Shown piece by piece: positions 36,979 through 46,194 of a DNA stretch of 64,000 nucleotides. This DNA is from Patescibacteria group bacterium. Lineage in GTDB: Bacteria; Patescibacteriota; Patescibacteriia; UBA1558; GWA2-36-10. The notes beneath the pieces were generated by a model, which saw nothing but the letters and a program-made list of their open reading frames with translations, ran no database searches and was not told the origin of the DNA. The translations under genes and the position numbers were made by a program. Location of the stretch: contig JBAYIQ010000002.1 in NCBI GenBank assembly GCA_041665545.1, positions 2,369 to 66,368 of the forward strand, in the 5' to 3' direction. The first letter of the stretch is position 1. Each line of letters opens with the position of its first letter.

Positions 36979-38213
36979 TATTTTAATCTTATGCCTTGCA
37001 AAGTCCCACTATTTCTATCCATAAAATACAACATAGTGCCATCAGCCGAAACTGATAAATTGTAAGCAGAGTAGGCACCCTCAGAGCCGACTGGACTAGC
37101 TAGTAAAGTTTTTACACCAGAATTCAAATCCACACGATAAAAATTGTCTGGATACTGATAGGATATTTCTGGATAAATACCGGCTCCGCGGGGTAGACCT
37201 TGAGGCACTGCACAAAACATAGTTGATTCGTCAGTATAGGTGCATTTATCTGGCCAAGTATTGATGCTAAGTGATACTTTGAGATCTCCCATTTCTCCGG
37301 TCTTACCACTAGTCACCCACAAATTAGGCAAATAATCAGTCTGCGTATTGTACACGCTATAAACCAAGGAATTGCCGGCTGGTGACCACTTGGAAACAAA
37401 ACCAGAACCAGCGACCTCAAAAGCTTTGAGACTTTCGCCATTCAAGCCAATGGGGTACACCATTTGTCGCAAATTATCAATACTTTTTTCATGCAAAGCG
37501 GCAACTTGGTTGTCCGGCGAATAAACTATTTGCGTACTGTATGACTTGTCGCCAAGTTTTTCTACCAAAGCCAAACCCGAGCCATCATCTTTGGCTGATA
37601 TAATCCAATTATTATCTGAATCATTTTGACTGGCGTCACTAAACCATTTAGCGGTTATGGCATCGCCCTGTTTGCTAAAAGAAAATTCCTCCATTTCTTT
37701 GGGCAAGGTCACTTGTTTTTCTTGCTTAAAATTATACAAAACATTGGCACCATCTGGATACTCAATAATTGCTTTTTCTCCGCTATTGCTCCAAGTAACG
37801 TTAGACACACCATAAAATAACTTGTCACTCAACAATTCTATTTGACCATTGGCGTTTATCTTAAAAAATTGCTGTTTGGTCTGATCATAAAAATTTATAC
37901 CACTAGTGCTTTTGACCAAACCAACCACTGAATCGGCTATGACTTTGTTGACCTCAGTCAGTCCGCCACTAGCTACTTTGGAAACCTTGCTATTATCAAA
38001 CTGCTGCCCCGGCAAAATCGGTATAGTGTTGGTATTACCATTGGTCGTCTGTGGAGTACCTGTGGCAATATTTGGCAAATTACCACCACTGATATTGTTA
38101 TTATTCTGATTAGCTGGTGGAACTGATCGAAAAAATACCCAGTACAGGGCAAAACCCAAACCCAAAACCGCTAGCACAAACAAAGTCACAATCAATATTT
38201 TTTTTAGACTCAT
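36978..38213 (-). CDS. membrane-anchored extracellular PD40/TolB-like beta-propeller protein
   Basis: 411 aa with an N-terminal TM helix and repeated YSPDNQ..., WSPAGNSLVY, SADGTMLYF motifs typical of PD40 repeats. Confidence 0.4.
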   Translation of the reverse strand: MSLKKILIVTLFVLAVLGLGFALYWVFFRSVPPANQNNNNISGGNLPNIATGTPQTTNGNTNTIPILPGQQFDNSKVSKVASGGLTEVNKVIADSVVGLVKSTSGINFYDQTKQQFFKINANGQIELLSDKLFYGVSNVTWSNSGEKAIIEYPDGANVLYNFKQEKQVTLPKEMEEFSFSKQGDAITAKWFSDASQNDSDNNWIISAKDDGSGLALVEKLGDKSYSTQIVYSPDNQVAALHEKSIDNLRQMVYPIGLNGESLKAFEVAGSGFVSKWSPAGNSLVYSVYNTQTDYLPNLWVTSGKTGEMGDLKVSLSINTWPDKCTYTDESTMFCAVPQGLPRGAGIYPEISYQYPDNFYRVDLNSGVKTLLASPVGSEGAYSAYNLSVSADGTMLYFMDRNSGTLQGIRLK

Positions 38214-38257
38214 CGGGTTAGAAATTAATTTATATTATTATTTTTTTTAATCATTTT

Positions 38258-38821
38258 TTATTCACCCTTTAAAATACCCCAAAATACTTTCCAGAAAATA
38301 CTACTCAAATTACTAAGCGTCTCTAATGGATTTTCATAAACTTGAACCATGAGGGTAATGCCCAGCATTATCATGTTAAAAATCGTAAAAATCACCAACA
38401 AGCCAATGAGCCACAATATTATTTCCCCCATACCCAATTTCGGAATAATCTTGGAGCCGAAAATGTTGCCAGCGATAAACTGCACGGTCCAAATCAAAAC
38501 CGTCAAGAATGCCAGAATGACCGTAGCCCCCATAGCCATGTTGACCGCTCGCCAAGTCAATTTTTGGGCTATTTCTTTTTTTATTTTTTCTTCGGCCTGT
38601 TGTTGTAAAACATTGCCATCCTTCTCGCCTTCTTGCTGTTTGGCCTTACCACGCAAAGATTCCAAACGTCGACGCAAAAATCCCTGACTTTTTTCCTCTT
38701 GTTCGGCTACTGGGTCTAGCTCCTCTGCTGTATCCGGCACAGAACTAGAAGCTACTCGACGAGCCGCTGCTAAATCCCTTTGATAATTTGCCTGTAAAAC
38801 TTCGGCCATAATTATTGCCAA
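38258..38821 (-). CDS. hypothetical membrane protein (cytoplasmic N-terminus, 3 C-terminal TM helices)
   Basis: 187 aa; hydrophobicity pattern only. Confidence 0.35.
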   Translation of the reverse strand: MAIIMAEVLQANYQRDLAAARRVASSSVPDTAEELDPVAEQEEKSQGFLRRRLESLRGKAKQQEGEKDGNVLQQQAEEKIKKEIAQKLTWRAVNMAMGATVILAFLTVLIWTVQFIAGNIFGSKIIPKLGMGEIILWLIGLLVIFTIFNMIMLGITLMVQVYENPLETLSNLSSIFWKVFWGILKGE

Positions 38822-39411
38822 TAAGCTGCGTCAACTAACCACTGCTTATCACTTTTTACTAAATTAACTTTTATATCTTGATATAATGTATTAGAAACTA
38901 ATTTACCATCCACCGACTTTGTTTCTTGTCTTTGAGTCTGGACCGTAATATCTGCCCGACTAGCAGAAATACTATTCACCTTCTGGGAAATACTCTTAGT
39001 GGTAATTCCTGTATAGCTTGTGGCCTTATAATCCATTTCTAAATTTTTTAAATAAATAGCCATCTTGTCAGTACACTGACCGAGAACTTGCTTGATATTT
39101 TCTCCTGGCAAGTCCGAGGAATAAGTGCCATAACGCTCAGCAAAATTCAGGGCTGTTTGGATGGCCAATAATTCGTCATTACTAACAATTGGCGACACTT
39201 CTTTGTATTGCAAATTGGCACTAGCCGGTTTAAACTCTGGCAATTGGTTACTATTTTTATCATTGGGCTTTTGTCCAAAATCAGTCAATTTGAAGGCCAA
39301 GAACAGAGCCACGGCAACTATTATAACCACCAAGGCAATTATAATTATTTTTTTTCTTTTTACTGCATCCATATATTTTATATTTACCCCGTTAAATAGA
39401 ATTAAAGCCAC
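38812..39411 (-). CDS. bitopic membrane protein (possible VirB8-like role, speculative)
   Basis: 199 aa with an N-terminal TM helix then a ~150-aa extracytoplasmic domain; directly downstream of the VirB4-like gene. Confidence 0.3.
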   Translation of the reverse strand: MALILFNGVNIKYMDAVKRKKIIIIALVVIIVAVALFLAFKLTDFGQKPNDKNSNQLPEFKPASANLQYKEVSPIVSNDELLAIQTALNFAERYGTYSSDLPGENIKQVLGQCTDKMAIYLKNLEMDYKATSYTGITTKSISQKVNSISASRADITVQTQRQETKSVDGKLVSNTLYQDIKVNLVKSDKQWLVDAAYWQ

Positions 39412-39519
39412 GCTTTAATTCTAAATTTATTTTATTAGTGTATTTTGTTTTCATAAAACCATTATTTATTTCTTGCTTAAATATATTACTTGGAAAATAA
39501 ATTTATTTAACGGGGTGAA

Positions 39520-41427
39520 TTATTTTTCTTCCGCGATCATAGATTCCTCAAACTCTTTTTTGGATTGCTCAATTTCCAACAACTGTCTAGGGTCAGAAGT
39601 GATGATTAGATGTTCAGCGTATGAGGCCTGCACTTTGATAGCGGCGTGCTTGGCTCCAGCAAAAAATATACCCTCGCCCACTCCTGATTCTAAGAGTAAA
39701 TATTTTTCCCCTTCAGTCAACATGAATGTCTTTTGGATCAAATTGACAGCGGCTGGTGACTGCTTGAGCAACAATTGCATTGAAGAGTTGGTGACGATGG
39801 CATTACCAAATGGCGAAGTCAAAAAGTCATTGACATCTTGAGTGATGGTAGTGACGCCAAGATAATACTTACGACAACGCTTGACCAGAGCAAACATAAA
39901 TTTGGCACTATCATCATGACGCATCATAATCCAAGCTTCGTCAACTACCAAAATGCGCCGTTTCAATTCACTACGAATAATATTCCAAATATAGTTCACA
40001 ATAACATACATGGCAATTGGCCGGAGCTCATCTTCCAAGTCCCTGATACAAAAGACGATCAATTGATTGTTGACCTTGACATTGGTTGGACTATTGAATA
40101 GACCGGAAAAAGTACCTTCAGTATATTTCTTGATCCTCAAAGCCATATCTTCTCCGCCCTCCATGCTGAGTAAAACCTCTTCCAAATCAGACATCAACGG
40201 TGGCTCAATATTACTCAAATCACTGGCTGGCGTAATATCTTTTTTGGCATAAGTCTCGATCAAGGCCCGATCCAATAAAGAATCCTCAGTATTGGTGACA
40301 TTACCTATCATCAAGCGAATCAAGCCTTTGAGAGTAATTACCGCGCTACGCAATATATCCTCTGGTTTGCTATCGCCACCAATACCACGCGGTAGATCAA
40401 AAGGATTGAGCTTGCTTTCGGAGTTCAAAGACACGTTGATATAGGCGCCGTTGACAGCTTCTGACAAGTGCTGATATTCATTCTCTGGGTCAATGATAAT
40501 CACATCAGTGCCCAACATCAAGGAACGCAATACTTCTAGCTTGATGGCGTAACTTTTGCCAGCACCCGAAGTAGCGAAAACGACCATATTGGCATTTTGC
40601 AAACTAAAACGATCAAATAATATCAAACTATTGTTGTGACGATTGATACCGTACAAAATTCCTTGATCAGAGGTCAGTTCAGAGGACACAAAGGGAAAAG
40701 ACGAAGCAATCGGTGAACTGTTCATGTTGGTGGTGATCCCCAGCTCGTCATTACCCAAAGGCAAAGTAGAGTTGAAGCCCTGTTCAGCTTGCCACAAAGC
40801 CCGGCGAGAATAAATCAACTGTGTGCCTAGTAAATTTTCAATGCGATCAGAGACAAGATCTAATTCTGTTTTGTCTTTGGCGTACAAAGTAATATAAAGG
40901 GCAAATTGAAAAAACTTTTCACTGCCTTGCGACAAGCTATCACGCAATCCCTCAATATCTCTCAAAGCAATTTCGGCAATAGGATCGCGTGGCGCTCCTT
41001 TTTCGGCATCAGCCATAATTTGCGCTTCCATGGTACCGACTTTGTTTCTCAATTGCTTCAAGACTAGCCGTATATTCATGGGATAAAAATACATGCTAAT
41101 GTCCAAAGTCAAACTTTCATTGATAATGGGCGCAAACCAACCAATAGACACATAACGCGGATAAGTGACCACAAATATTGTGCGTAAAAAAATATCATTG
41201 AGCTGCAAAAAAGTACTCTCAATTTTCATGGCCGCCGGAGCGATGATATCGCGCACTGAAACAATGCCTTCGCGCAAAACTTTTTCCGCTTCCAAAAGCT
41301 CTTTGTCACTCTCCTCTTTTTGCTTATGGCTGGCTTGGGCCTTTAGGGCTTGAAAACGTGCCGCTCCTTCTTCAGCGTTCTTATCGGCGGCTTGTTTTAT
41401 TTGGTTGGCTTCAAACATTGGTCTCAA
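39520..41427 (-). CDS. VirB4/TrbE/CagE-family type IV secretion ATPase, ATPase domain ORF
   Basis: 635 aa with Walker A FATSGAGKSY, Walker B ILVVDEAW and GVTTITQDVNDF, plus the conserved YPRYVSIGWF region of VirB4. Confidence 0.75.
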   Translation of the reverse strand: MRPMFEANQIKQAADKNAEEGAARFQALKAQASHKQKEESDKELLEAEKVLREGIVSVRDIIAPAAMKIESTFLQLNDIFLRTIFVVTYPRYVSIGWFAPIINESLTLDISMYFYPMNIRLVLKQLRNKVGTMEAQIMADAEKGAPRDPIAEIALRDIEGLRDSLSQGSEKFFQFALYITLYAKDKTELDLVSDRIENLLGTQLIYSRRALWQAEQGFNSTLPLGNDELGITTNMNSSPIASSFPFVSSELTSDQGILYGINRHNNSLILFDRFSLQNANMVVFATSGAGKSYAIKLEVLRSLMLGTDVIIIDPENEYQHLSEAVNGAYINVSLNSESKLNPFDLPRGIGGDSKPEDILRSAVITLKGLIRLMIGNVTNTEDSLLDRALIETYAKKDITPASDLSNIEPPLMSDLEEVLLSMEGGEDMALRIKKYTEGTFSGLFNSPTNVKVNNQLIVFCIRDLEDELRPIAMYVIVNYIWNIIRSELKRRILVVDEAWIMMRHDDSAKFMFALVKRCRKYYLGVTTITQDVNDFLTSPFGNAIVTNSSMQLLLKQSPAAVNLIQKTFMLTEGEKYLLLESGVGEGIFFAGAKHAAIKVQASYAEHLIITSDPRQLLEIEQSKKEFEESMIAEEK

Positions 41428-42097
41428 TATTTAATTTACTTATATCTTCTAGGGGTTGTTTTTGAAATAAATTTGGATTGTAGCTATTGTAATAAACTTC
41501 AATTAATTCCTGCGTCTTGAGCCGTTCACTGCGCAAACCCAAACTAGCTAAACCAGACTGGATGAAACTACAACGCTTGTCTAGTTGGGCGCTAAATTCA
41601 TCAAGTCGCTTGCGACTTAAACGCACTATTTTAGCTGAGGAAAAAACTGCTCCAAAACGATTGACAAATTTGCGACCCTTGTCGCTTACTGGATTATAGG
41701 GCACCACCACATAAAATCTTTTGCTCATGATTTTTTCTAGGGTCAAAAGCTCTAGCACAAACTGTCGATAATCAGCGGTTTGGATGCGCAATAATTCATT
41801 GGTCTGCTCTTTTTCTACTTTTTTTAGACGATTAAGATAATCATCAATATTAAGTGGCCGTGACTGAATCAATACTTGCAAAGGATAGTCCAAGGTATTC
41901 AAAAAACTCACATAGCCAGAAATAATAGCCGCTTGCTCGTCTTCTGATTTGAGATCAAAATTTATAGAGGAAACCAAGAGTACTCCCCGCACCGTGCCAT
42001 CATTCAAAATCACCAAGTCATCACGCACCTCGGCAATGTCCAAAAATCTTTGAGTGGAAACTTGTGGCTTATTACCAGCCAACTTTTTACTACGCAT
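41411..42097 (-). CDS. VirB4 N-terminal (CagE_TrbE_VirB-like) domain encoded as a separate ORF
   Basis: 228 aa; FLDIAEVRDDLVILNDGTVRGVLLVSSINFDLKSEDEQAAIISGYVSFLNTL matches the VirB4 N-domain pattern. It overlaps the ATPase ORF by 17 nt in a different frame. Confidence 0.5.
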   Translation of the reverse strand: MRSKKLAGNKPQVSTQRFLDIAEVRDDLVILNDGTVRGVLLVSSINFDLKSEDEQAAIISGYVSFLNTLDYPLQVLIQSRPLNIDDYLNRLKKVEKEQTNELLRIQTADYRQFVLELLTLEKIMSKRFYVVVPYNPVSDKGRKFVNRFGAVFSSAKIVRLSRKRLDEFSAQLDKRCSFIQSGLASLGLRSERLKTQELIEVYYNSYNPNLFQKQPLEDISKLNIETNV

Positions 42098-42101
42098 ATT
42101 A

Positions 42102-42572
42102 TTATTTATTTATTTTTCCGTTTGGTAAATTATTCATGGTATTGGCCAACAGTTCTCCTTGATATACTCCGCCAGTATCAATAATCAATGATAGTTCTGA
42201 TAATTTTTTGCCGGTCACCATTGTTTTGGGAGCTATTGTTTGCACTACTAAATTTTCATCTTTATTTTTGCGCTCTTCAATTTTAATATATTCTTTTTTC
42301 CAAATCCGCAATCTCGGTCTTTTCAAAGTCTGGATAAGGGACAACAAAAACATAGGAAAAATAGCACCATTTATTTTAACAAAACCAAAGATTACTATTA
42401 ACAAAATAATAACTATAGTCTGCGTCAAAAACAAAGCAAAATCAGCCAAACGATAACTAATAAATATAAAAAGAGCCCCAACGATAACAATGGCAAACTG
42501 CCGGACAGTAATCGGTCCCCAGATTCTATCCTCGGCATCAATAAATTGTGGCACAATAAAACGATTTTGCAT
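42102..42572 (-). CDS. PrgI/VirB3-like two-TM membrane protein
   Basis: 156 aa with two adjacent TM helices near the N-terminus; located immediately upstream of the VirB4 ORFs, as VirB3 and PrgI are. Confidence 0.4.
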   Translation of the reverse strand: MQNRFIVPQFIDAEDRIWGPITVRQFAIVIVGALFIFISYRLADFALFLTQTIVIILLIVIFGFVKINGAIFPMFLLSLIQTLKRPRLRIWKKEYIKIEERKNKDENLVVQTIAPKTMVTGKKLSELSLIIDTGGVYQGELLANTMNNLPNGKINK

Positions 42573-42577
42573 AAAAG

Positions 42578-43789
42578 CTAAAAGCGTAATAATTTATTTA
42601 AATCGCCAATGGCGTTAAACTCTTCGATGGTCAAAACTTCTTGGCCGGCGGCTTTTTGTTCGGCAATCAGCTGGGATACCTCCTGACCCTTCATCAAGCT
42701 GGAAGCGCCTAGATCCAAATATAGCTTGTAGACTGGGCTTTTACGCCAAGCAGCAATACCCATTGTTTTTTTGGTTACTGACTCCTTTTCTAAAATATTG
42801 ATTTTCTGCAACAACTTCTGGGCTCTCTCAGATGCTGTATTACCATAGCGCCTAAAAGTAGACAAAAGCATATTTTCTAATTCCTGCACTGGGCCAGTCA
42901 AAACTGCTTTTTCTTTGCCCGAAGCTAAATTAGCTTTGGCCACCACATCAGACATCAGTGGCTTGACTGGACTAATCTGCTCCCCGCGCATGACTTTGGG
43001 CATAGATGGTGTACTGACTATCTCTGGAATCTGTTCCTCTACTTTTGGTTTAAGCTCAACTTTTATTGGTTCAATTTTTGGTGGCTCGGGTTTCTTTTCT
43101 TCCACAAAATCCGTGGCCATTTTGACTGGAGGAAAAGCATCTATAATCTCTGGTTTAGCTGGTTTTTTAGGTAATTCGGCCACGTCTTTTTTGATATCAC
43201 TCTGCCTGACTACCAAGCCACCTTCAGCCTCTATCCTTTCTTTGATGCCTTTGACTATAGAACCAATGTGGTCAATCACTTGATTGGATAAATTGTGGCC
43301 ATTGGAAAACACCTTTTCAATCAAGTATCCTCTACTAATAATATAATTCTTTCGATTGCGAAAATAATCAAACAAAATATTATTAAAAATTTCTTGATTA
43401 TTTTTGTCCAAAAGTAAATTATTTTTTTCCGCTATTCTTTGAGTGATTTTTTCCAAACTATACTTCTTACTCTCATCCGTGGGTAAATTTAAATTAAAAT
43501 TTTCAATCTGTTCGTGGTCTTCCGGATGAAAAACAAAAATAGCCGGCTCGTGCGCCTGTCCGCCACCATGAAAAAAATCAAAATTAGCATCAAGCGGAGC
43601 AACATTGAGGGTGGTCAATTCATGTGGAGGAGCTATTTCCAAAACAGTCCTACTATCTACGGGCCTGATGTCACTGGGTGGAGTATTTTTTGTCTGGTGA
43701 TAGGGTTTTAGACGCCCAGACAAATCTCTAACCAATAAATCATCAACCCAAGGTACACTGGTGCTTGTTTGGCTTAAAAAATCAGGCAT
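42578..43789 (-). CDS. hypothetical protein with Pro/Lys-rich linker (first gene of the VirB4 operon)
   Basis: 403 aa with no TM helix and a PEPPKIEPIKVELKPKVEE low-complexity segment. Confidence 0.35.
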   Translation of the reverse strand: MPDFLSQTSTSVPWVDDLLVRDLSGRLKPYHQTKNTPPSDIRPVDSRTVLEIAPPHELTTLNVAPLDANFDFFHGGGQAHEPAIFVFHPEDHEQIENFNLNLPTDESKKYSLEKITQRIAEKNNLLLDKNNQEIFNNILFDYFRNRKNYIISRGYLIEKVFSNGHNLSNQVIDHIGSIVKGIKERIEAEGGLVVRQSDIKKDVAELPKKPAKPEIIDAFPPVKMATDFVEEKKPEPPKIEPIKVELKPKVEEQIPEIVSTPSMPKVMRGEQISPVKPLMSDVVAKANLASGKEKAVLTGPVQELENMLLSTFRRYGNTASERAQKLLQKINILEKESVTKKTMGIAAWRKSPVYKLYLDLGASSLMKGQEVSQLIAEQKAAGQEVLTIEEFNAIGDLNKLLRF

Positions 43790-44056
43790 TGGCTGTCATT
43801 TATATTGTTATATTATAACATATTTTAGGTCCATAAGCCAATGGAATACTTTTCGCCTCGCGCTTGAGCGCGAGGCGTCTAAATTGTTCATTTCATCCCT
43901 CGAAGCATTGTTCTATTTTTCTGCCAAGTGAGATTAAAAAAATTCACTTGGCCGTTTTTTCAAAACAAAAACTTGAAAAACTAGGCAAAGAGGGATAATA
44001 AAATTCTCCCCAAGTGCCTGACTTAAAAGGAGAATTTTATTTAGTAAAAAATTATA

Positions 44057-44614
44057 TTAAGCTCGAGATACGTATTCGCCTGTTTCCGTATTTATGATCA
44101 ATGTATCGCCACTTTTTATAAAAAGCGGTGTCCGGACTTCCAAACCAGTTTCCAAAATCACAGCTTTGGTCACAGCTCCGGCGCTATTGCCCTTGACTCC
44201 TTCGGGAGCAGAAACGACTTTTAGATTAATCTTGGCTGGCAAGGATACAGCCACTGGCTTGTCATTGAAAACCATAACATCAACCTCTTGGCCTTCTTTC
44301 AAATATTTTTCCATGTCATTCAGCTCTTTTTTGTTGAACTGAAATTGCTCAAAGTCGGCGGCATCCATAAAAAAATAATCATCACCCTGAGCATAAAGAT
44401 AGCTGGCATGACGTCGAGCGGTATCGGCAATTTCCACAGTATCAGATCCGGAAAAAGATTTTTCCAAAGTATTGCCATTGACCAAATTCTTCAACTTGGT
44501 TTTGACTACTGCTCCACCTCTAGCCACCTTGATGTGCTGATTGGAAACAATCTGGTAAGGGTCATTGTTGACCACAATAATCTTACCGACTTTTAAATCG
44601 CTTAAACTACCCAT
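44057..44614 (-). CDS. efp: elongation factor P
   Basis: Start refined to the ATG at 44614 (MGSLSDLKVGKII...); KOW-like N-terminal domain plus two OB domains, and EF-P length. Confidence 0.85.
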   Translation of the reverse strand: MGSLSDLKVGKIIVVNNDPYQIVSNQHIKVARGGAVVKTKLKNLVNGNTLEKSFSGSDTVEIADTARRHASYLYAQGDDYFFMDAADFEQFQFNKKELNDMEKYLKEGQEVDVMVFNDKPVAVSLPAKINLKVVSAPEGVKGNSAGAVTKAVILETGLEVRTPLFIKSGDTLIINTETGEYVSRA

Positions 44615-44618
44615 AATA

Positions 44619-44840
44619 TTATCGTGAAACAAAAGGCAATAAAGCCATAAATCTGGCTCGCTTGATTACTTGAGCTAATTTGCGTTGGTGTTTGGAACAA
44701 ACGCCATTTCTCCTCTTGGGAGTAATTTTCCCGTAAGAAGAAACATATTTCTGTATTTGTTGCCAATCTTTGTAATCAATCTCTAATTGATTATTGACGC
44801 AAAAATTGCAGTGTTTAGTGTTACTTTGCTTATTATGCAT
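44619..44840 (-). CDS. rpsR: 30S ribosomal protein S18
   Basis: Start refined to the ATG at 44840; CNFCVNN...[41 protein letters not shown] is the S18 signature. Confidence 0.85.
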   Translation of the reverse strand: MHNKQSNTKHCNFCVNNQLEIDYKDWQQIQKYVSSYGKITPKRRNGVCSKHQRKLAQVIKRARFMALLPFVSR

Positions 44841-44974
44841 ATATTTTAGTTTAAAGTTACAAGTTGAAAGTTGCAAGTACCACCCCTGTGGCAGTAGAGT
44901 AAAAGTTAATTACTTTATCACCCAGAGGGCGATCACCCTTTGGGTGATACTTTTTACTTGCTACTTTTTACTAT

Positions 44975-45460
44975 TTAGAATGGTATATCCTCGATACTAA
45001 TTTCTTCCTCATTGGACTCGGGCGCGGGTTGAACACCTTCGGACACGTTGGGCATATTGTTGGTGTAACTTGCTTGCCGATCAGTGGCGCGCGGAGCGCT
45101 TGGAACTTGGTAATCCTGATTGCTATTGCCACCAGCGCGATCAAGCATGATCATGTTTTCAGCAATAATCTCTGTGCGATAACGCTTGACGCCATTGGGA
45201 TCATCCCAAGACCTGGTCTGCATCCGACCTTCGATGTAGACTTTGGAGCCCTTTTTCAAATATTGGCTAGTGATCTCCGCCAAACGACGCCAGGCCACAA
45301 CATTGTGAAACTCCGCTTTTTCTTGGCGTACTCCAGCTTGATCTTTCCAGACAAAATTGGTAGCCACAGAAAAACTAGTGACATTTTGGCCACCAGTAGT
45401 GGAGCGCATTTCTGGATCACGCACCACATTACCGATAATCATTGCTTTGTTGAGATTCAT
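44975..45460 (-). CDS. ssb: single-stranded DNA-binding protein
   Basis: 161 aa with an OB fold (MNLNKAMIIGNVVRDPEMR...) and the C-terminal acidic tail ending DIPF. Confidence 0.9.
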   Translation of the reverse strand: MNLNKAMIIGNVVRDPEMRSTTGGQNVTSFSVATNFVWKDQAGVRQEKAEFHNVVAWRRLAEITSQYLKKGSKVYIEGRMQTRSWDDPNGVKRYRTEIIAENMIMLDRAGGNSNQDYQVPSAPRATDRQASYTNNMPNVSEGVQPAPESNEEEISIEDIPF

Positions 45461-45471
45461 ATTTTTTATGA

Positions 45472-45975
45472 TTAATCAACTTTTGGCTCTTTGGCCAATA
45501 TCGCATCCAGTTGTTTATCAATGTCATCCAAAACAACTTTCGGCTTAACCACGGGCTTATCCTCTGCCTTCTTGACCTGAGCCATTGGTCGCAAAGGGCG
45601 AGTCATTGGTCGTCTGGCCTTCTTGGCAAAGTCTGGCTTAGTAGTCTGTTGCCAACGCAAAATTTCTGAGCTAGTAGCAACTTTTTGGCGCTTGACTATC
45701 AAGTGACGCAAAATGTTATTGTCTAGCTTCAAATCATGATCTAATAACTTAACAGCTTTTTGTTCTGTTTCGTCAAAAGAAAATTCCACGTAAAAATAAA
45801 AACCGTGCTTTTGTTTTTTAATCGGATAAGCTAGCTTTCGCCGGCCACCCGGATAAAAATCGTGCACAATTTTAGCGTTGATTTTTTTTAGATAGCCCAA
45901 AACCTGCTCCTGAACCTGTTTGTGTTCGGTTTCAGGAACATTAGGATTGACTATCAAACCTAATTCGTAGTGCAT
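45472..45975 (-). CDS. rpsF: 30S ribosomal protein S6 (with basic C-terminal extension)
   Basis: Start refined to the ATG at 45975 (MHYELGLIVNPN...); rpsF-ssb-rpsR synteny. Confidence 0.85.
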   Translation of the reverse strand: MHYELGLIVNPNVPETEHKQVQEQVLGYLKKINAKIVHDFYPGGRRKLAYPIKKQKHGFYFYVEFSFDETEQKAVKLLDHDLKLDNNILRHLIVKRQKVATSSEILRWQQTTKPDFAKKARRPMTRPLRPMAQVKKAEDKPVVKPKVVLDDIDKQLDAILAKEPKVD

Positions 45976-46194
45976 AGTATGGATCTTAATTACCTTAGCT
46001 GATAAATCAGGCAAGGGTCAACCGAGGCAAGCTCGGCCACATGGTTAATTAAATACCCAAATTTTTGAGCAATTTGGATTCGGCTACTTTACCACAATGA
46101 AAACTAAAAGTCAACACCCAAAACAACCCGCCGGGTAACCCGGCGGGTTGGCAAAAAGATTGCCTAATATACTATTTTTTACTATTATTAAGCC

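Noticed and set aside
43856-43959. Palindromes CGCCTCGCGCTTGAGCGCGAGGCG and GGCCAAGTGA...TCACTTGGCC+T6 as a terminator or small RNA
   Set aside because: The second has terminator form, but on the plus strand, where no upstream gene exists. Its function (bidirectional terminator or promoter-region structure for the VirB4 operon) cannot be decided from sequence, so it is not reported as a feature.
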